Program-made: the position numbers and the translations under genes
Part shown: positions 1 through 9,713 of the stretch, piece by piece
Layout: each line of letters opens with the position of its first letter
Numbering within the stretch: the stretch's first letter is position 1
Virus record (IMG/VR): IMGVR_UViG_3300042090_001530
Coordinates: 32,001-96,000 of that record
DNA: 64,000 nt
DNA from: a virus
Taxonomy: Duplodnaviria; Caudoviricetes
Direction: 5' to 3' (one strand)
The notes under the pieces: model-generated
The model's input: only the letters and a program-made list of their open reading frames with translations
Told to the model about the DNA's origin: nothing
Databases searched by the model: none

Positions 1-165
1 AAAGCCGAAGCCGTCGGCATGACACCACGTGCGGCCATCGGCGCGGCATCCGCAGAACCCGAACCGACCCCCGAACCCGAACCCCCCACCAGCGACATAG
101 ACCTCCGGCGGGCAGCACGCACAGCGGCACTACGCGGCGGCCGGTTCACGACGTCCTCACGCTGA
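1..165 (+). CDS. 3' end of upstream gene (partial; position suggests terminase large subunit)
   Basis: Frame 1 is open from the window edge to TGA at 163-165, just before the portal. No diagnostic motif; identity is from gene order only. Confidence 0.35.
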   Translation, partial: KAEAVGMTPRAAIGAASAEPEPTPEPEPPTSDIDLRRAARTAALRGGRFTTSSR

Positions 166-177
166 GGGGGCGCCCCG

Positions 178-3100
178 GTGGTATCGCGCGAACTCGCCCT
201 CCCCGAACCCGCGGCCGTAACCCGGCAGCGAGCCAGGGCGGTACGCGCACAAGCCGCCGCCTCACCGCGCGCCCGAGTCGCCAAAGTCTGGGGCACCGCA
301 GTACCCACTGCGGTCCAGGCCGGTGAAGCCGCGTCGCAGATGACCCCGGCGAGCCCGTTCGCACCGGGCGAGCCGGTCAGCCCCTATGACGGATTCAGCC
401 GTACCCCGCGCACATTCGACTACATCCCGCAGTACAACGTCGCCACCCGGCCGCGCACCCACGAGCGCGTAGCGTTCAGCACCCTGCGCGGGCTGATCGA
501 GTCCTATGACATCGCCCAAGTCGCGATCTGGCACCGGATCGACTCGATCCGCTCCCTCGAATGGTCGCTGGTCGCAGACGACGGCTACCAGGGCGATGTA
601 ACGGGTGCGGTCGCGCTCGGCATGGCCGCCCTGAAGAAGCCGGACAGGAAAAACCCTTTCGACGCGTGGCTCGCCGAGTTCCTCTTCGACGTGCTCGCAT
701 TCGACGCTGGCGCCCTGTACCGGATGCGCAACCGCGCCGGACAGGTCATCGGCCTCAAGCCGGTAGACGGCACGATCCTGGCGCCGCTCCTTGACTACTG
801 GGGCGACCCGCCGGAGCCGCCCGCCCCGGCCTACGTGCAGTACGCCAACGGGCTGCCGTGGAACTGGCTGACGGCCGACGACCTGATCTACCAGCCCTTC
901 CGGAAGATCACCAACTCGCCGTACGGCCGCGCGCCCCTCGAGTCGATCCTGCTCAACGCGAACACCGACTTGAGGTTCCAGGCCTACTTCCTGCAGCGGT
1001 ACACCGAAGGCAACCTGCCCGCCGCGTTCGCGTCCGCACCGGAGACCTGGACCCCGCAGCAGATCGAATCGTTCCAGGAGTACTGGGACGGGTTCATCCT
1101 CGGCGACCAGTCGTTCAAGAACCAGATCCGGTGGATCCCGCCCGGAAGCAAGATCGAATGGTCGAACGAGAAAGACTTCACCGACGCGTTCTCGCTGTTC
1201 ATGATGCGAAAGACCCTAGCGGCCTACCACGTGGTGCCCGCAGACCTGGGCTTCACGGAAAGCGTCAACAAGTCGGCAGGGGAGACGCAGACCGACGTTC
1301 AGCATCGCATCGGCGACGCGCCCCTCGCTAAGCACGTCTCCAGCATCCTCACCGGATTCCTGCAAGACGACCTACGCCTTCCCCTCAAGCACCAGTTCGA
1401 CTTCGGCGAGGAGCAGGACGACCGTCTCGCCACTGCGCAGGCCGACCAGGTGTACATCCAGAACGCCGTCGTCTCCCCGTCCGAGATCCGCGAACTGCGG
1501 TTCGGCCTCGGCGAGCCCGACGGGCGCCCCGTGCCGCGTTACATCTTCTCCTCGCGTGGCGGCGCAGTGCCGCTGGCCCCGCTGTTCGCGGTCGCCGGCC
1601 CCATCGACCCCGCATCCGGCGCGCCTCTCCCTGGCGCGCCGCTACCGAAGAAGCCCTTCAGTCCCATCGAGGGGGTTGAACCGAACCCGGCCCCGCCGAC
1701 GAAGCCGCTCGCGGTGCAAATCTACGGGGACCTGAATCCGCCCACGCCCAATCCGGTGGTCGGTGTCGCCCCGGCGCCGCACGCTGTGATGCCTGGCGCA
1801 GCCGCGCCTCAGGCCGCCGCAACGCCCGTCGCCAAGGACGGCGCGGCAGCCCCGGCGGCTGGGTCCGGCTCGACCGCCGGGATCACCGCCGCGACCGGCA
1901 TCTACTCGTATGACCTAGGCACCGAGCCCGTCATCATGCCCGACGCCGACGACATCGACTACGAAGTCGCCAAGTCGGAACTCGCCACCTACCGGCGGTA
2001 CGTCAAGGCACGCAAGCGCAGCGGACGCTGGAAAGACTTCGAGTTCGCGGCCATCGACCGCGTCACCGCGCACCGGCTCAACGACGCCGGACGCTTGGAG
2101 ATCCGGAAGGCTGGCGGCGTCATCGCGTGCGCCGGCCTCGCAGTCCTCGCCGAGGACACCGGCCGCGTCCTCATGCTCCAGCGCGGGCTCGACCCGAACG
2201 ACCCCGCCTCCGGGACCTTTGAATTTCCTGGCGGGCACGTCGAGGACGGAGAAACCCCGCTCGCGGCTGCCGAGCGCGAATTCCAAGAGGAAACAGGGCT
2301 CCTCCTCTCGGCCGACGCACTGACCAACGCCAACCCCGACGCAACCTGGACCAGCGCCGACCGCGTCTACCGCGGGTTCGTCGTCACCATCCCCGTCGAA
2401 GCGGCGCTGCCGATCGCGGAACGCGGCCAGGTCGCCAATCCCGACGACCCGGACGCTGACGCAGTCGAAATGATCGCCTGGTGGGATCCGAGATTGTTGC
2501 CGGCCAACCCGGCGGTGCGCCCGGAACTGCTCGCGTCCATGGACGACGTACAGCGGGCGATCGCGATCGCGCAACCGTGCGACACGGTCCCTGCAGAGGT
2601 CGCGGCTCCCGTAGAGAAGGCCGCGCCGATGCTCGGGGAAGTGCCGGGGCTCACCAAGCGCTCCGGCATGATCTCGCTGGACCTCCCGGCAGGTCTCATC
2701 CCCGTCGTGCCCGGAGGCTTGAACGATCACCATGTGACCGTGGTCTATCTCGGGAAAGACCTCGACGATGAGGACTTTGCCGCAGCCTGCGACCGTGCCG
2801 AAACCGCCGCGACGGCCATGGCCGGACCGCTCACCGGCAGCATCAGCGGCCGAGGAGTGTTCCCGCCCTCAGCGTCCAGCGACGGGAAGATCCCCGTGTT
2901 CGCCGAGGTCGAACTGCCCGGCATCAGCGCGCTCCACGCGGAACTCGAAGACCTGTCCGCGTCCGAGCACGCCAGCTATCACGCGCACGTCACCCGCACG
3001 TACGCCGAGCCCGGCGACCAACTGCCGGACCCGCTCCCGTATACGCCGGTGACTTTCACGCACCTCACGGTCCATCGCGGCGACGAGCAGATGAGCTTCC

Positions 3101-3996
3101 CGTTCGGGCAGCGCGGACTCGGCGTGATGAAGGCCAGCGGCGGTGAACCCGACGGCCCAAAAGCTGACGCCTCCGCCAAGGAGGCGTCCAAGGCGTGGCC
3201 CGGCTGGGAACACGACCTCCAAGCCGCCCGGCACTGGGCCGACAGACTCAACAACGGATACACCAACGCATTAAGCCGGACGCACGCCGAACGCATCGCA
3301 GCCTCGTTCATCGCCGCACACCCGCAACCGAAAACCGAGAAGAAGCCGACCAAAGCCGAGACCGCGGCGGTAGCGGCAGCACTCCTCGCCGCCGCGCTCG
3401 CACACCTCGAAAACCAAGGCCTCGACCTCACCAGCCATGCCACCGAGAACCTGCGCGGTATCTACGCCGACGGCTACTTGATCGGCGCCGCATCCGGCAA
3501 CGCGGTCATCGACGGCGGCGCGCCCGCGCTCGGTAACTGGGCGCCCGGCAAAACCGCCGACGCGCACCACCTCATCGAAACCCTCGCGCTCGGCGCCGGG
3601 CTCTCCGCGCTCCTGCTACGAGCACCCGAAGTAGCAGCGGAGATGTCGAACACGCGCATGACCGCCATGGCCACAGCGCTCGCCGCCGGCGCGGCATCCG
3701 GATCGGGGCCGGCCGTCATCGCCGGAACCCTAGTCGCGGTCCTCGCCGCGGGCTGGCGATCCCTCAGATCCGCGATCACCGGAATCACCACCGGATCCAG
3801 CGCCGGAGCGAGCGACACCTACCAGAAGCGCGGCGTCGAACTCGGCCAATGGCTGCTGGACCCCAGCAGCAAGAGCTGTCCGAACTGCATCGCCAACGCC
3901 AACGCCAAGCCGCGCCCACTCGGGCAGCCGTGGCCCAGCGGCAGCGCATATCCGCCAGAGCATGATCACTGTCGGTGCGAAATCGGCCCTGCGTAA
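178..3996 (+). CDS. Portal protein fused to Nudix hydrolase, 2H phosphoesterase and Mu gpF-like head morphogenesis domains
   Basis: 1272 aa. Portal-like N-half (LKPVDGTI, YVQYANG, DLIY...SPYGRAPLE). Nudix box GGHVEDGETPLAAAEREFQEETG. Two HxT motifs (HHVTVVYLG, HAHVTRTY). C-terminal CPNC...YPPEHDHCRC. Confidence 0.85.
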   Translation: MVSRELALPEPAAVTRQRARAVRAQAAASPRARVAKVWGTAVPTAVQAGEAASQMTPASPFAPGEPVSPYDGFSRTPRTFDYIPQYNVATRPRTHERVAFSTLRGLIESYDIAQVAIWHRIDSIRSLEWSLVADDGYQGDVTGAVALGMAALKKPDRKNPFDAWLAEFLFDVLAFDAGALYRMRNRAGQVIGLKPVDGTILAPLLDYWGDPPEPPAPAYVQYANGLPWNWLTADDLIYQPFRKITNSPYGRAPLESILLNANTDLRFQAYFLQRYTEGNLPAAFASAPETWTPQQIESFQEYWDGFILGDQSFKNQIRWIPPGSKIEWSNEKDFTDAFSLFMMRKTLAAYHVVPADLGFTESVNKSAGETQTDVQHRIGDAPLAKHVSSILTGFLQDDLRLPLKHQFDFGEEQDDRLATAQADQVYIQNAVVSPSEIRELRFGLGEPDGRPVPRYIFSSRGGAVPLAPLFAVAGPIDPASGAPLPGAPLPKKPFSPIEGVEPNPAPPTKPLAVQIYGDLNPPTPNPVVGVAPAPHAVMPGAAAPQAAATPVAKDGAAAPAAGSGSTAGITAATGIYSYDLGTEPVIMPDADDIDYEVAKSELATYRRYVKARKRSGRWKDFEFAAIDRVTAHRLNDAGRLEIRKAGGVIACAGLAVLAEDTGRVLMLQRGLDPNDPASGTFEFPGGHVEDGETPLAAAEREFQEETGLLLSADALTNANPDATWTSADRVYRGFVVTIPVEAALPIAERGQVANPDDPDADAVEMIAWWDPRLLPANPAVRPELLASMDDVQRAIAIAQPCDTVPAEVAAPVEKAAPMLGEVPGLTKRSGMISLDLPAGLIPVVPGGLNDHHVTVVYLGKDLDDEDFAAACDRAETAATAMAGPLTGSISGRGVFPPSASSDGKIPVFAEVELPGISALHAELEDLSASEHASYHAHVTRTYAEPGDQLPDPLPYTPVTFTHLTVHRGDEQMSFPFGQRGLGVMKASGGEPDGPKADASAKEASKAWPGWEHDLQAARHWADRLNNGYTNALSRTHAERIAASFIAAHPQPKTEKKPTKAETAAVAAALLAAALAHLENQGLDLTSHATENLRGIYADGYLIGAASGNAVIDGGAPALGNWAPGKTADAHHLIETLALGAGLSALLLRAPEVAAEMSNTRMTAMATALAAGAASGSGPAVIAGTLVAVLAAGWRSLRSAITGITTGSSAGASDTYQKRGVELGQWLLDPSSKSCPNCIANANAKPRPLGQPWPSGSAYPPEHDHCRCEIGPA

Positions 3997-4022
3997 CGAC
4001 CCGAGCCGATACGGAGGTGCCC

Positions 4023-4643
4023 GTGGATCGCTACGACACCCCCGGATGGGAAGGCTCGGTCGGCCCATTCCCCGACGACTACACCAAGCCCCACGTATAC
4101 GCACGCGACATCTGCTCCGGCGCCGGCAACTGCGTCTGCGGCATAGGGCTACCCGACGAGATCCACGTCCAAGCAGCGCCCGGCATCGACATCCCCGGGA
4201 GAGCAATCGTCGTCCCGTCCCGCTACCTGGGCAAGTCCGCCGAGGAACAGCGCTACGTGCTCGGCGTTGGGTATCAACCGGGCCCCGACCCGCGAATCGC
4301 CCGCGGCGCCGACGGGTACCGCGACTACTTCACTGCCGAGGAACTCGAGAAGGCCGCATGGTCCTTCCTCAAGAGCGGCGGCCAGATAGGGCTGTTCCAT
4401 GAGGACGGCACCCTCGGACATGCGACGCCCGTCGAAAGCTACGTGCATCGTGCCCCCGACTGGGATCAGGGCAACGGCATTGTCATCAAGACCGGCACCT
4501 GGCTCATCGGCGCCATCTGTGACGACATCGCGTGGCAGCTAGTCAAATCCGGACGTGTCACCGGCTTCTCGCCGCAGGGGTTCGCGAAGCGCCGTCGCCC
4601 CTCCATCCCACCGAACTCCACGAGGGAGCTGTGCCGTGTCTGA
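4023..4643 (+). CDS. XkdF-like putative prohead serine protease (Peptidase_S78_2-like)
   Basis: EEQRYVLGVGYQP...FTAEELEKAAWSF...IGLFH...VESY...GTW...VKSG..TGFSPQG. GGAGG precedes GTG 4023. Follows the portal. Confidence 0.8.
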   Translation: MDRYDTPGWEGSVGPFPDDYTKPHVYARDICSGAGNCVCGIGLPDEIHVQAAPGIDIPGRAIVVPSRYLGKSAEEQRYVLGVGYQPGPDPRIARGADGYRDYFTAEELEKAAWSFLKSGGQIGLFHEDGTLGHATPVESYVHRAPDWDQGNGIVIKTGTWLIGAICDDIAWQLVKSGRVTGFSPQGFAKRRRPSIPPNSTRELCRV

Positions 4644-6933
4644 CGCGCAACCGGAGGAGTGGACGGAACTCTACGACCCTGAGGTGCCAGAGATGCACAT
4701 GGTCGGCAAAGGGGCTAACGGCTTCCCCGAATTCCTGATCATCAAGCAGGACGCCGAGGGCGGCCTGTTCGAAGCCGACTACGTACGCGAACTCATTGCC
4801 AAGGCCGACGCGGAGCACCCCCCGGCCACTGACCCGCGGGAGACGGTGACCATGAGCGGCAGCCCCGCAGCGATCGCAGCACTCATCCACGGCGCCGCAG
4901 TGCGCAAGGCCACGCCGGAGCCTGCGCCCGTCGAAGACGACGTGGCCAAAGCGGAGGAATCCACCGCGACCCAGAACGACTTGCCCGACTCTGCCTTCGC
5001 GTACATCGAAAGCGGTGGCACGAAGGACGAGCACGGCCGCACCGTCCCGCGGTCCCTGCGGCACTTCAACATCCACGACGCCGCGCACGTCCGCAACGCC
5101 CTGAGTCGAGCACCGCAGTCCCCGTTCGGCGACAAGGCCATGCCCAAGATCCGCGCCGCCGCGAAGCGCTTCGGGGTCGACGTATCCAAGGCCGAACAGG
5201 CCGCCCCCGAAACCAACGAGGTGAGCAAAGACATGGACGGTTCCGCGGGCATGCCGCTGGACGAAGGCATGGACGGGATGGACCCGACGGTCATCCTCGC
5301 GATGCCCGAAGAGGAAGCCCCGGGCGACCCGAACGACCCCGGCTCCCCGGCATGGGAGTCGATCGACGCCGCGACGGCCCTCAAGTGGACCGCGATCGCC
5401 GCCCGGCTGCGCTCCGCCCTCGGCATCATGTCCGACCGGGAGATGCTCGAAGCCGCCACCGCCGACCCGTCCGACGCCGACAACGCGATGGATCTCGACG
5501 ACGCCGCGTGCGCCGTGGACTTCGTGATCTCGACGCTCGCCCCGTTCGCGGTCGACGAGCAGGCGGAAGCCGACGAGGGCACCATGGCGATGGAGATGGT
5601 CGGCAAGGCGATGAGCACCCTCGACCCGGCCCACCTCGACACCGTCGAGACCCTCGGCACCGTCCGCAAGGCCGGGCGCGCCCTGAGCTCCGCGAACGAG
5701 AGCGCACTGCGCGCCGCGGTCAAGGCGCTCCAGCAGATCCTCGCGTCGCTGCCCCGCGCGGCCGACGCGCCCGCCCCGGCATCCGAGGGCGCCATGACGA
5801 AGGAGAGCGGCCTGCCGGTCGCCAAGACCGCGAACGAGGAGCCCGACATGCCGCAGACCACGACCGCCGAAGACACCACCACCGCATCTGGGCAGGCGCC
5901 CGCCATGGGCAGTGCATCCCCGGACCCGCAGCCCGTCGCCGGGACCGCCGTCACCGACGTGACGAAGACCGCCGACGCGCCGGTCGACCAGGCGGCGTTC
6001 GCCGAGATCGTCAAGCAGCTCGCGGCCGTGCTCAACTCGCAGGCCCCGGTCGCCAAGACCGATGGTGCCGCGAATGCAGAGCAGACCCCGGCCGCGCCGA
6101 TCGCCAAGGCTGAGGAGACTACGGCCGTCGAGACTGCGGCGGACGAGCCCGTCATCAAGGCCGAGCAGCCCGCGACCCCCGACGCCGCGCCCGTCGCGGA
6201 GCCGGCCAACGTGCAGAAGGCTGAGAAGCCGCCGCAGGTGGCGATCTACGACGCCAACGGCAACCTCGTCGGCACCGTCGACCCCGGCGAGATCACCATG
6301 CTCGCCCCCGCCAGGGCCCCCGAGCCCGCAGCCAAGGCCGACGACGCGGCACCGGACGAGCCCGCGGCCCCCGCCGCCGAGGCCCCGGCCACCCCGCCCA
6401 CAGATCTCGCCCCGCAGCCTCCGGCCGCGGCAGGCGTACCCGCCGACGCCGTCCCCGCCGACGACGCCATGACCAAGCAGGCCGCCAACGGCCAGCCCGA
6501 CAGCAACACCGCGACGCTCGAAAGCAGCGCCCCCGCCGACATCCTCAAGCAGGCCCTCGCCGACTACAGCGCCACACAGGGGCAGGCACTCGCCGCCCAG
6601 ATGGCGGACGTCCGCAAGGGACTGGAGGACCGCAACGCGGCGCTGGAAGAGGTCGTCAAGAACCTCCAGGCACAGATCGAAGAGCGCATCACTCGCATCG
6701 AGAACGCCCCCCCCGTCTACGCCATCGCCTCCAACGGCGCCATGCCCGACCCGCGCCACCTGCGCGGCCAGAACCAGGGCGCCCTCGCGGTCGACCCGGC
6801 CATCGGCCCCATGCTCAAGGCCCGCCTCGCCAACAGCGACGACGCCACCGAGCAGAAGCAGATCGCCGACGAGATGACCGAACGGGCCAACACCCTGTTC
6901 CAGCAGCTCCAGGCAGGCGCCCGGCAGCGGTAA
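4636..6933 (+). CDS. Capsid scaffold/maturation protein
   Basis: Acidic Ala/Pro-rich protein with a C-terminal coiled coil, between protease and capsid. Contains a conserved-looking LPDSAFAYIE...RHFNIHDAAHVRNALSR domain. GTG start overlaps the upstream stop. Confidence 0.65.
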   Translation: MSDAQPEEWTELYDPEVPEMHMVGKGANGFPEFLIIKQDAEGGLFEADYVRELIAKADAEHPPATDPRETVTMSGSPAAIAALIHGAAVRKATPEPAPVEDDVAKAEESTATQNDLPDSAFAYIESGGTKDEHGRTVPRSLRHFNIHDAAHVRNALSRAPQSPFGDKAMPKIRAAAKRFGVDVSKAEQAAPETNEVSKDMDGSAGMPLDEGMDGMDPTVILAMPEEEAPGDPNDPGSPAWESIDAATALKWTAIAARLRSALGIMSDREMLEAATADPSDADNAMDLDDAACAVDFVISTLAPFAVDEQAEADEGTMAMEMVGKAMSTLDPAHLDTVETLGTVRKAGRALSSANESALRAAVKALQQILASLPRAADAPAPASEGAMTKESGLPVAKTANEEPDMPQTTTAEDTTTASGQAPAMGSASPDPQPVAGTAVTDVTKTADAPVDQAAFAEIVKQLAAVLNSQAPVAKTDGAANAEQTPAAPIAKAEETTAVETAADEPVIKAEQPATPDAAPVAEPANVQKAEKPPQVAIYDANGNLVGTVDPGEITMLAPARAPEPAAKADDAAPDEPAAPAAEAPATPPTDLAPQPPAAAGVPADAVPADDAMTKQAANGQPDSNTATLESSAPADILKQALADYSATQGQALAAQMADVRKGLEDRNAALEEVVKNLQAQIEERITRIENAPPVYAIASNGAMPDPRHLRGQNQGALAVDPAIGPMLKARLANSDDATEQKQIADEMTERANTLFQQLQAGARQR

Positions 6934-6960
6934 CGCGCCGAGCACGACCTTCCTTCCTTC

Positions 6961-6991
6961 AAGCCCCCGAGCGCCAGGCGCCGGGGGCTTT
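6961..6991 (+). terminator. GC-rich hairpin between scaffold and capsid genes
   Basis: AAGCCCCCG-a-GCGCC-a-GGCGC-CGGGGGCTT followed by T. Confidence 0.5.
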
Positions 6992-7014
6992 GCCATGCCC
7001 AGAAAGAGGCATCC

Positions 7015-8517
7015 ATGAGCGCCCTCATGCAGGACGTGACCGAGGAGACCATCGCCGCGATCAGCAAGGCTCAGACCGCGGGCATCCTTGAGAACACGGG
7101 TATTTACAGCTATGACCTGTCCGAGCTCGTCACCCTGATCCCCGTGGTGACGCCCTTCCGGGACCACGTGTCGCGGAAGCAGTCCCCTGATGGTAACCCG
7201 TTTGCCGTATGGCGAGCGATCATGAACCTGACGGACAGCCAGCCCGACCCGTCCATGGGCTTCGACTACGCAGCCAACGAAGCCCTGTTCGACGAGCAGG
7301 ACTTCCAGGCCCGATACAAGCCCACCGGCCTCGCCGGCCTCGTCACCCAGGACGCGTTCGACCTCGCCAAGGGATACGCCGACCCGTATGCGGTCGCCAC
7401 CTTCAACGTCCTGAACCAGGTCCTGATCGGCGACGACCGCAAGCTCCTCGGCGGCCAGTCCTTCGCCCTCGCCGCCTCCACCGCGCCCACCATCACCCAG
7501 CACGCCACCGGCGGCACCATCGGCGCCGTCACCCCCTACGTCGGCGTCGCAGCGCGAACCGGCTCCGGCTACTACTACGGCTCCGGCAACAGCCAAGGCG
7601 CATCCAACAGCACCACCTTCGGCTCCGGCAGCACCAACTCGCTCACCGCCAGCACCACCGCGCAGCGCGGCGCCGTCGCCTACGACTGGTTCCAGTCGCC
7701 CACCGGGCTCGCCGGCTCGTGGCTCTACTACACCACCACCACCGTCAACACCGTGACGATGACCTCCATCATCACCTCCCCCAACGCCCTACCCGCCACC
7801 CTGCCCGACCTCCAGACCAACTTCTGGAAGGGCTCCAACACCAGCGCCACCCCCACCTACAACGCCGCCGCCGACAACGGCAGCGCCAACGCCCCCGACT
7901 ACGACGGATTCCTCGCGAGCCTCTCTGGCGACTTCAGCGGCACCGGCCAGTGGGTCCAGCCCGGCACCGGCACCGCCAACCCCAGCGTCGTCAACACCCT
8001 CAACGGCGCCGCCCTCACCCTCACCGGCGGCAGCATCACCGAGATCGAGCAGCTGCTGTTCCTGCCGCTGTGGAACCAGGTCAAGACGTCGCCCACCGCG
8101 CTCATGGTCAACGCCGCGCAGGCTCAGGAGATCGCCAACCTCGTCCTCGGCTCCAACAGTGCGACCACCTTCCTCAACACCGACGCATCCGGCCGTATCT
8201 CCGTCACCGCTGGTGGCCGGGTCGGCGAGATCGTCAACGCCCCGGCAGGCGGCGTCACCGTGCCCATTGAGGTGCACGTTTCCCTGCCGCCTGGCACCAT
8301 CATCGCCCGCAGCGACCGGGTCCCGTTCCCGCAGGCGAACATCGCATCAGTGCTCGAATACAGGGCGCTGCGCGATACGGCGCAGTACGACTACGGGATC
8401 TCCCGCATCGCGGGAACCCCCGGCGGAGGCCCTCGCCGTGAATTCGAGATCAGGAGCGTGGGTGCCTTCCTGAATCGTGCGCCCGTAGCGAACGCGGTAC
8501 TCAACTGCATTTCGTAG
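7015..8517 (+). CDS. Major capsid protein with Thr/Gly/Ser-rich insertion
   Basis: 500 aa, AGAAAGAGG RBS, follows the scaffold and precedes a terminator. Family assignment is mainly positional. Confidence 0.7.
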   Translation: MSALMQDVTEETIAAISKAQTAGILENTGIYSYDLSELVTLIPVVTPFRDHVSRKQSPDGNPFAVWRAIMNLTDSQPDPSMGFDYAANEALFDEQDFQARYKPTGLAGLVTQDAFDLAKGYADPYAVATFNVLNQVLIGDDRKLLGGQSFALAASTAPTITQHATGGTIGAVTPYVGVAARTGSGYYYGSGNSQGASNSTTFGSGSTNSLTASTTAQRGAVAYDWFQSPTGLAGSWLYYTTTTVNTVTMTSIITSPNALPATLPDLQTNFWKGSNTSATPTYNAAADNGSANAPDYDGFLASLSGDFSGTGQWVQPGTGTANPSVVNTLNGAALTLTGGSITEIEQLLFLPLWNQVKTSPTALMVNAAQAQEIANLVLGSNSATTFLNTDASGRISVTAGGRVGEIVNAPAGGVTVPIEVHVSLPPGTIIARSDRVPFPQANIASVLEYRALRDTAQYDYGISRIAGTPGGGPRREFEIRSVGAFLNRAPVANAVLNCIS

Positions 8518-8564
8518 GCCCCACCTGCGGTGATGTGACCCGTCCGTCAGTGCACTGACGGAAA

Positions 8565-8783
8565 ATGTGGTATCCTGGCAGTAGCGAAAACCACTACTGC
8601 CAGGGGCCAATAATGAAGATCAAGCGTGGGGATCCCTGCATATTCCTGGCGAACGGACCGATCGCTGATGGTCTCGATGTTCATCACAAGTGCCTGAGAC
8701 GAAGTTGCGTGCGCGAATCCCACTTGGACGCGATTTCGCGTTCCGAGAATCTGCGCTTGCGCGCGAACCGAAGAGACGAATAG
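8565..8783 (+). CDS. Small, probably degenerate HNH endonuclease
   Basis: LDVHHKCLRRSCVRESHLDAISRSEN resembles the HNH_3 core. Locally lower GC. Confidence 0.5.
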   Translation: MWYPGSSENHYCQGPIMKIKRGDPCIFLANGPIADGLDVHHKCLRRSCVRESHLDAISRSENLRLRANRRDE

Positions 8784-8809
8784 CAGCAGCCTGCGGGCTG
8801 CGTTCCCGA

Positions 8810-8838
8810 GGCCGGAAGCATCCGCTTCCGGCCTTTTT
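8810..8838 (+). terminator. Intrinsic terminator
   Basis: GGCCGGAAGC-ATCC-GCTTCCGGCC-TTTTT. Confidence 0.8.
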
Positions 8839-8879
8839 GCATGCCCGCGCGGCCCGCCGCGCCATCTCAAGGAGGCTCT

Positions 8880-9566
8880 ATGCCCACGCAGCTTGTGACT
8901 GGCGGCCCGAACGGCCCGCTGGCGGCCGAGACGACCGGCGACACGATGAACGGCCCGCTGACGTTGTCCAACCAGAGCGCGGGGCCGGGCGCGACTGCCG
9001 GGGCCGCATCGTTGTATGCGGTCGGCGGCCAGGCGACGTCGGTGAACCCGCAGGGTCTGGTGTCGACGCTGGTCGGTTCGCAGGGTGGCCTGCTTACTGC
9101 GGGTCTGGTGACGGTCGCGAACACGGCGACTGAGTCTCTGGTGTACGGCGTGTCGATTCCGGCGGGGGACCCGGTGGCGGGGTCGGTGTACCGGCTGGAG
9201 GCGTGGGGTGTGTTCAGCGCCACGAGCACGCCGACGATCGCGTTCACGTCGCGTCTGGGCGGCACGTCGGGTACGTCGCTGGCGGCGCTTCCGGCGTTCA
9301 CGCTGGCGGCGCTGACATCGGCGCCGTGGAAGATCAGGGCGGTTCTGAACTTCCTGTCGGCGACGACCGCGCAGTGTCTGCTGGAGGTCGATCTGGATTC
9401 TTCGACGTCGAGCGACGTGGCGGGGCGTTTCATCTCGACCCCGACCGCTGCGGTGACTGTGGCGACCGCCACTGCGAAGGTGTGGCAGATCGACGTGACG
9501 TGGGGTACTGCGGCGGCGGGCAACACCCTCAGCCTGCTGGGCGGCTACAGCGAGCGGGTCGCGTAG
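8880..9566 (+). CDS. Virion structural protein (decoration/fibre-like), function unknown
   Basis: AAGGAGG RBS. Thr/Ala/Gly-rich beta-type sequence within the head-neck cluster. Confidence 0.55.
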   Translation: MPTQLVTGGPNGPLAAETTGDTMNGPLTLSNQSAGPGATAGAASLYAVGGQATSVNPQGLVSTLVGSQGGLLTAGLVTVANTATESLVYGVSIPAGDPVAGSVYRLEAWGVFSATSTPTIAFTSRLGGTSGTSLAALPAFTLAALTSAPWKIRAVLNFLSATTAQCLLEVDLDSSTSSDVAGRFISTPTAAVTVATATAKVWQIDVTWGTAAAGNTLSLLGGYSERVA

Positions 9567-9646
9567 ATCATCAGTGGCTTGTCGCCGCGCCTGGCGGTGC
9601 GGCGCGTGCTGGCCATGCAGCTTCAGCGCTGCGTTCTATCGCGATG

Positions 9647-9676
9647 GGCCGGAAGCCTCCCCGCTTCCGACCCTTT
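9647..9676 (+). terminator. Intrinsic terminator-like hairpin, near-copy of 8810-8838
   Basis: GGCCGGAAGC-CTCCCC-GCTTCCGACC-CTTT. Confidence 0.6.
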
Positions 9677-9713
9677 CGCGTGTCCCGGATCCAACTATCA
9701 AGGGAGCGCTCGA

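Noticed and set aside
4558-7596. 1012-aa minus-strand ORF
   Set aside because: Antisense shadow of the scaffold and capsid genes, typical of high-GC DNA; no motifs.
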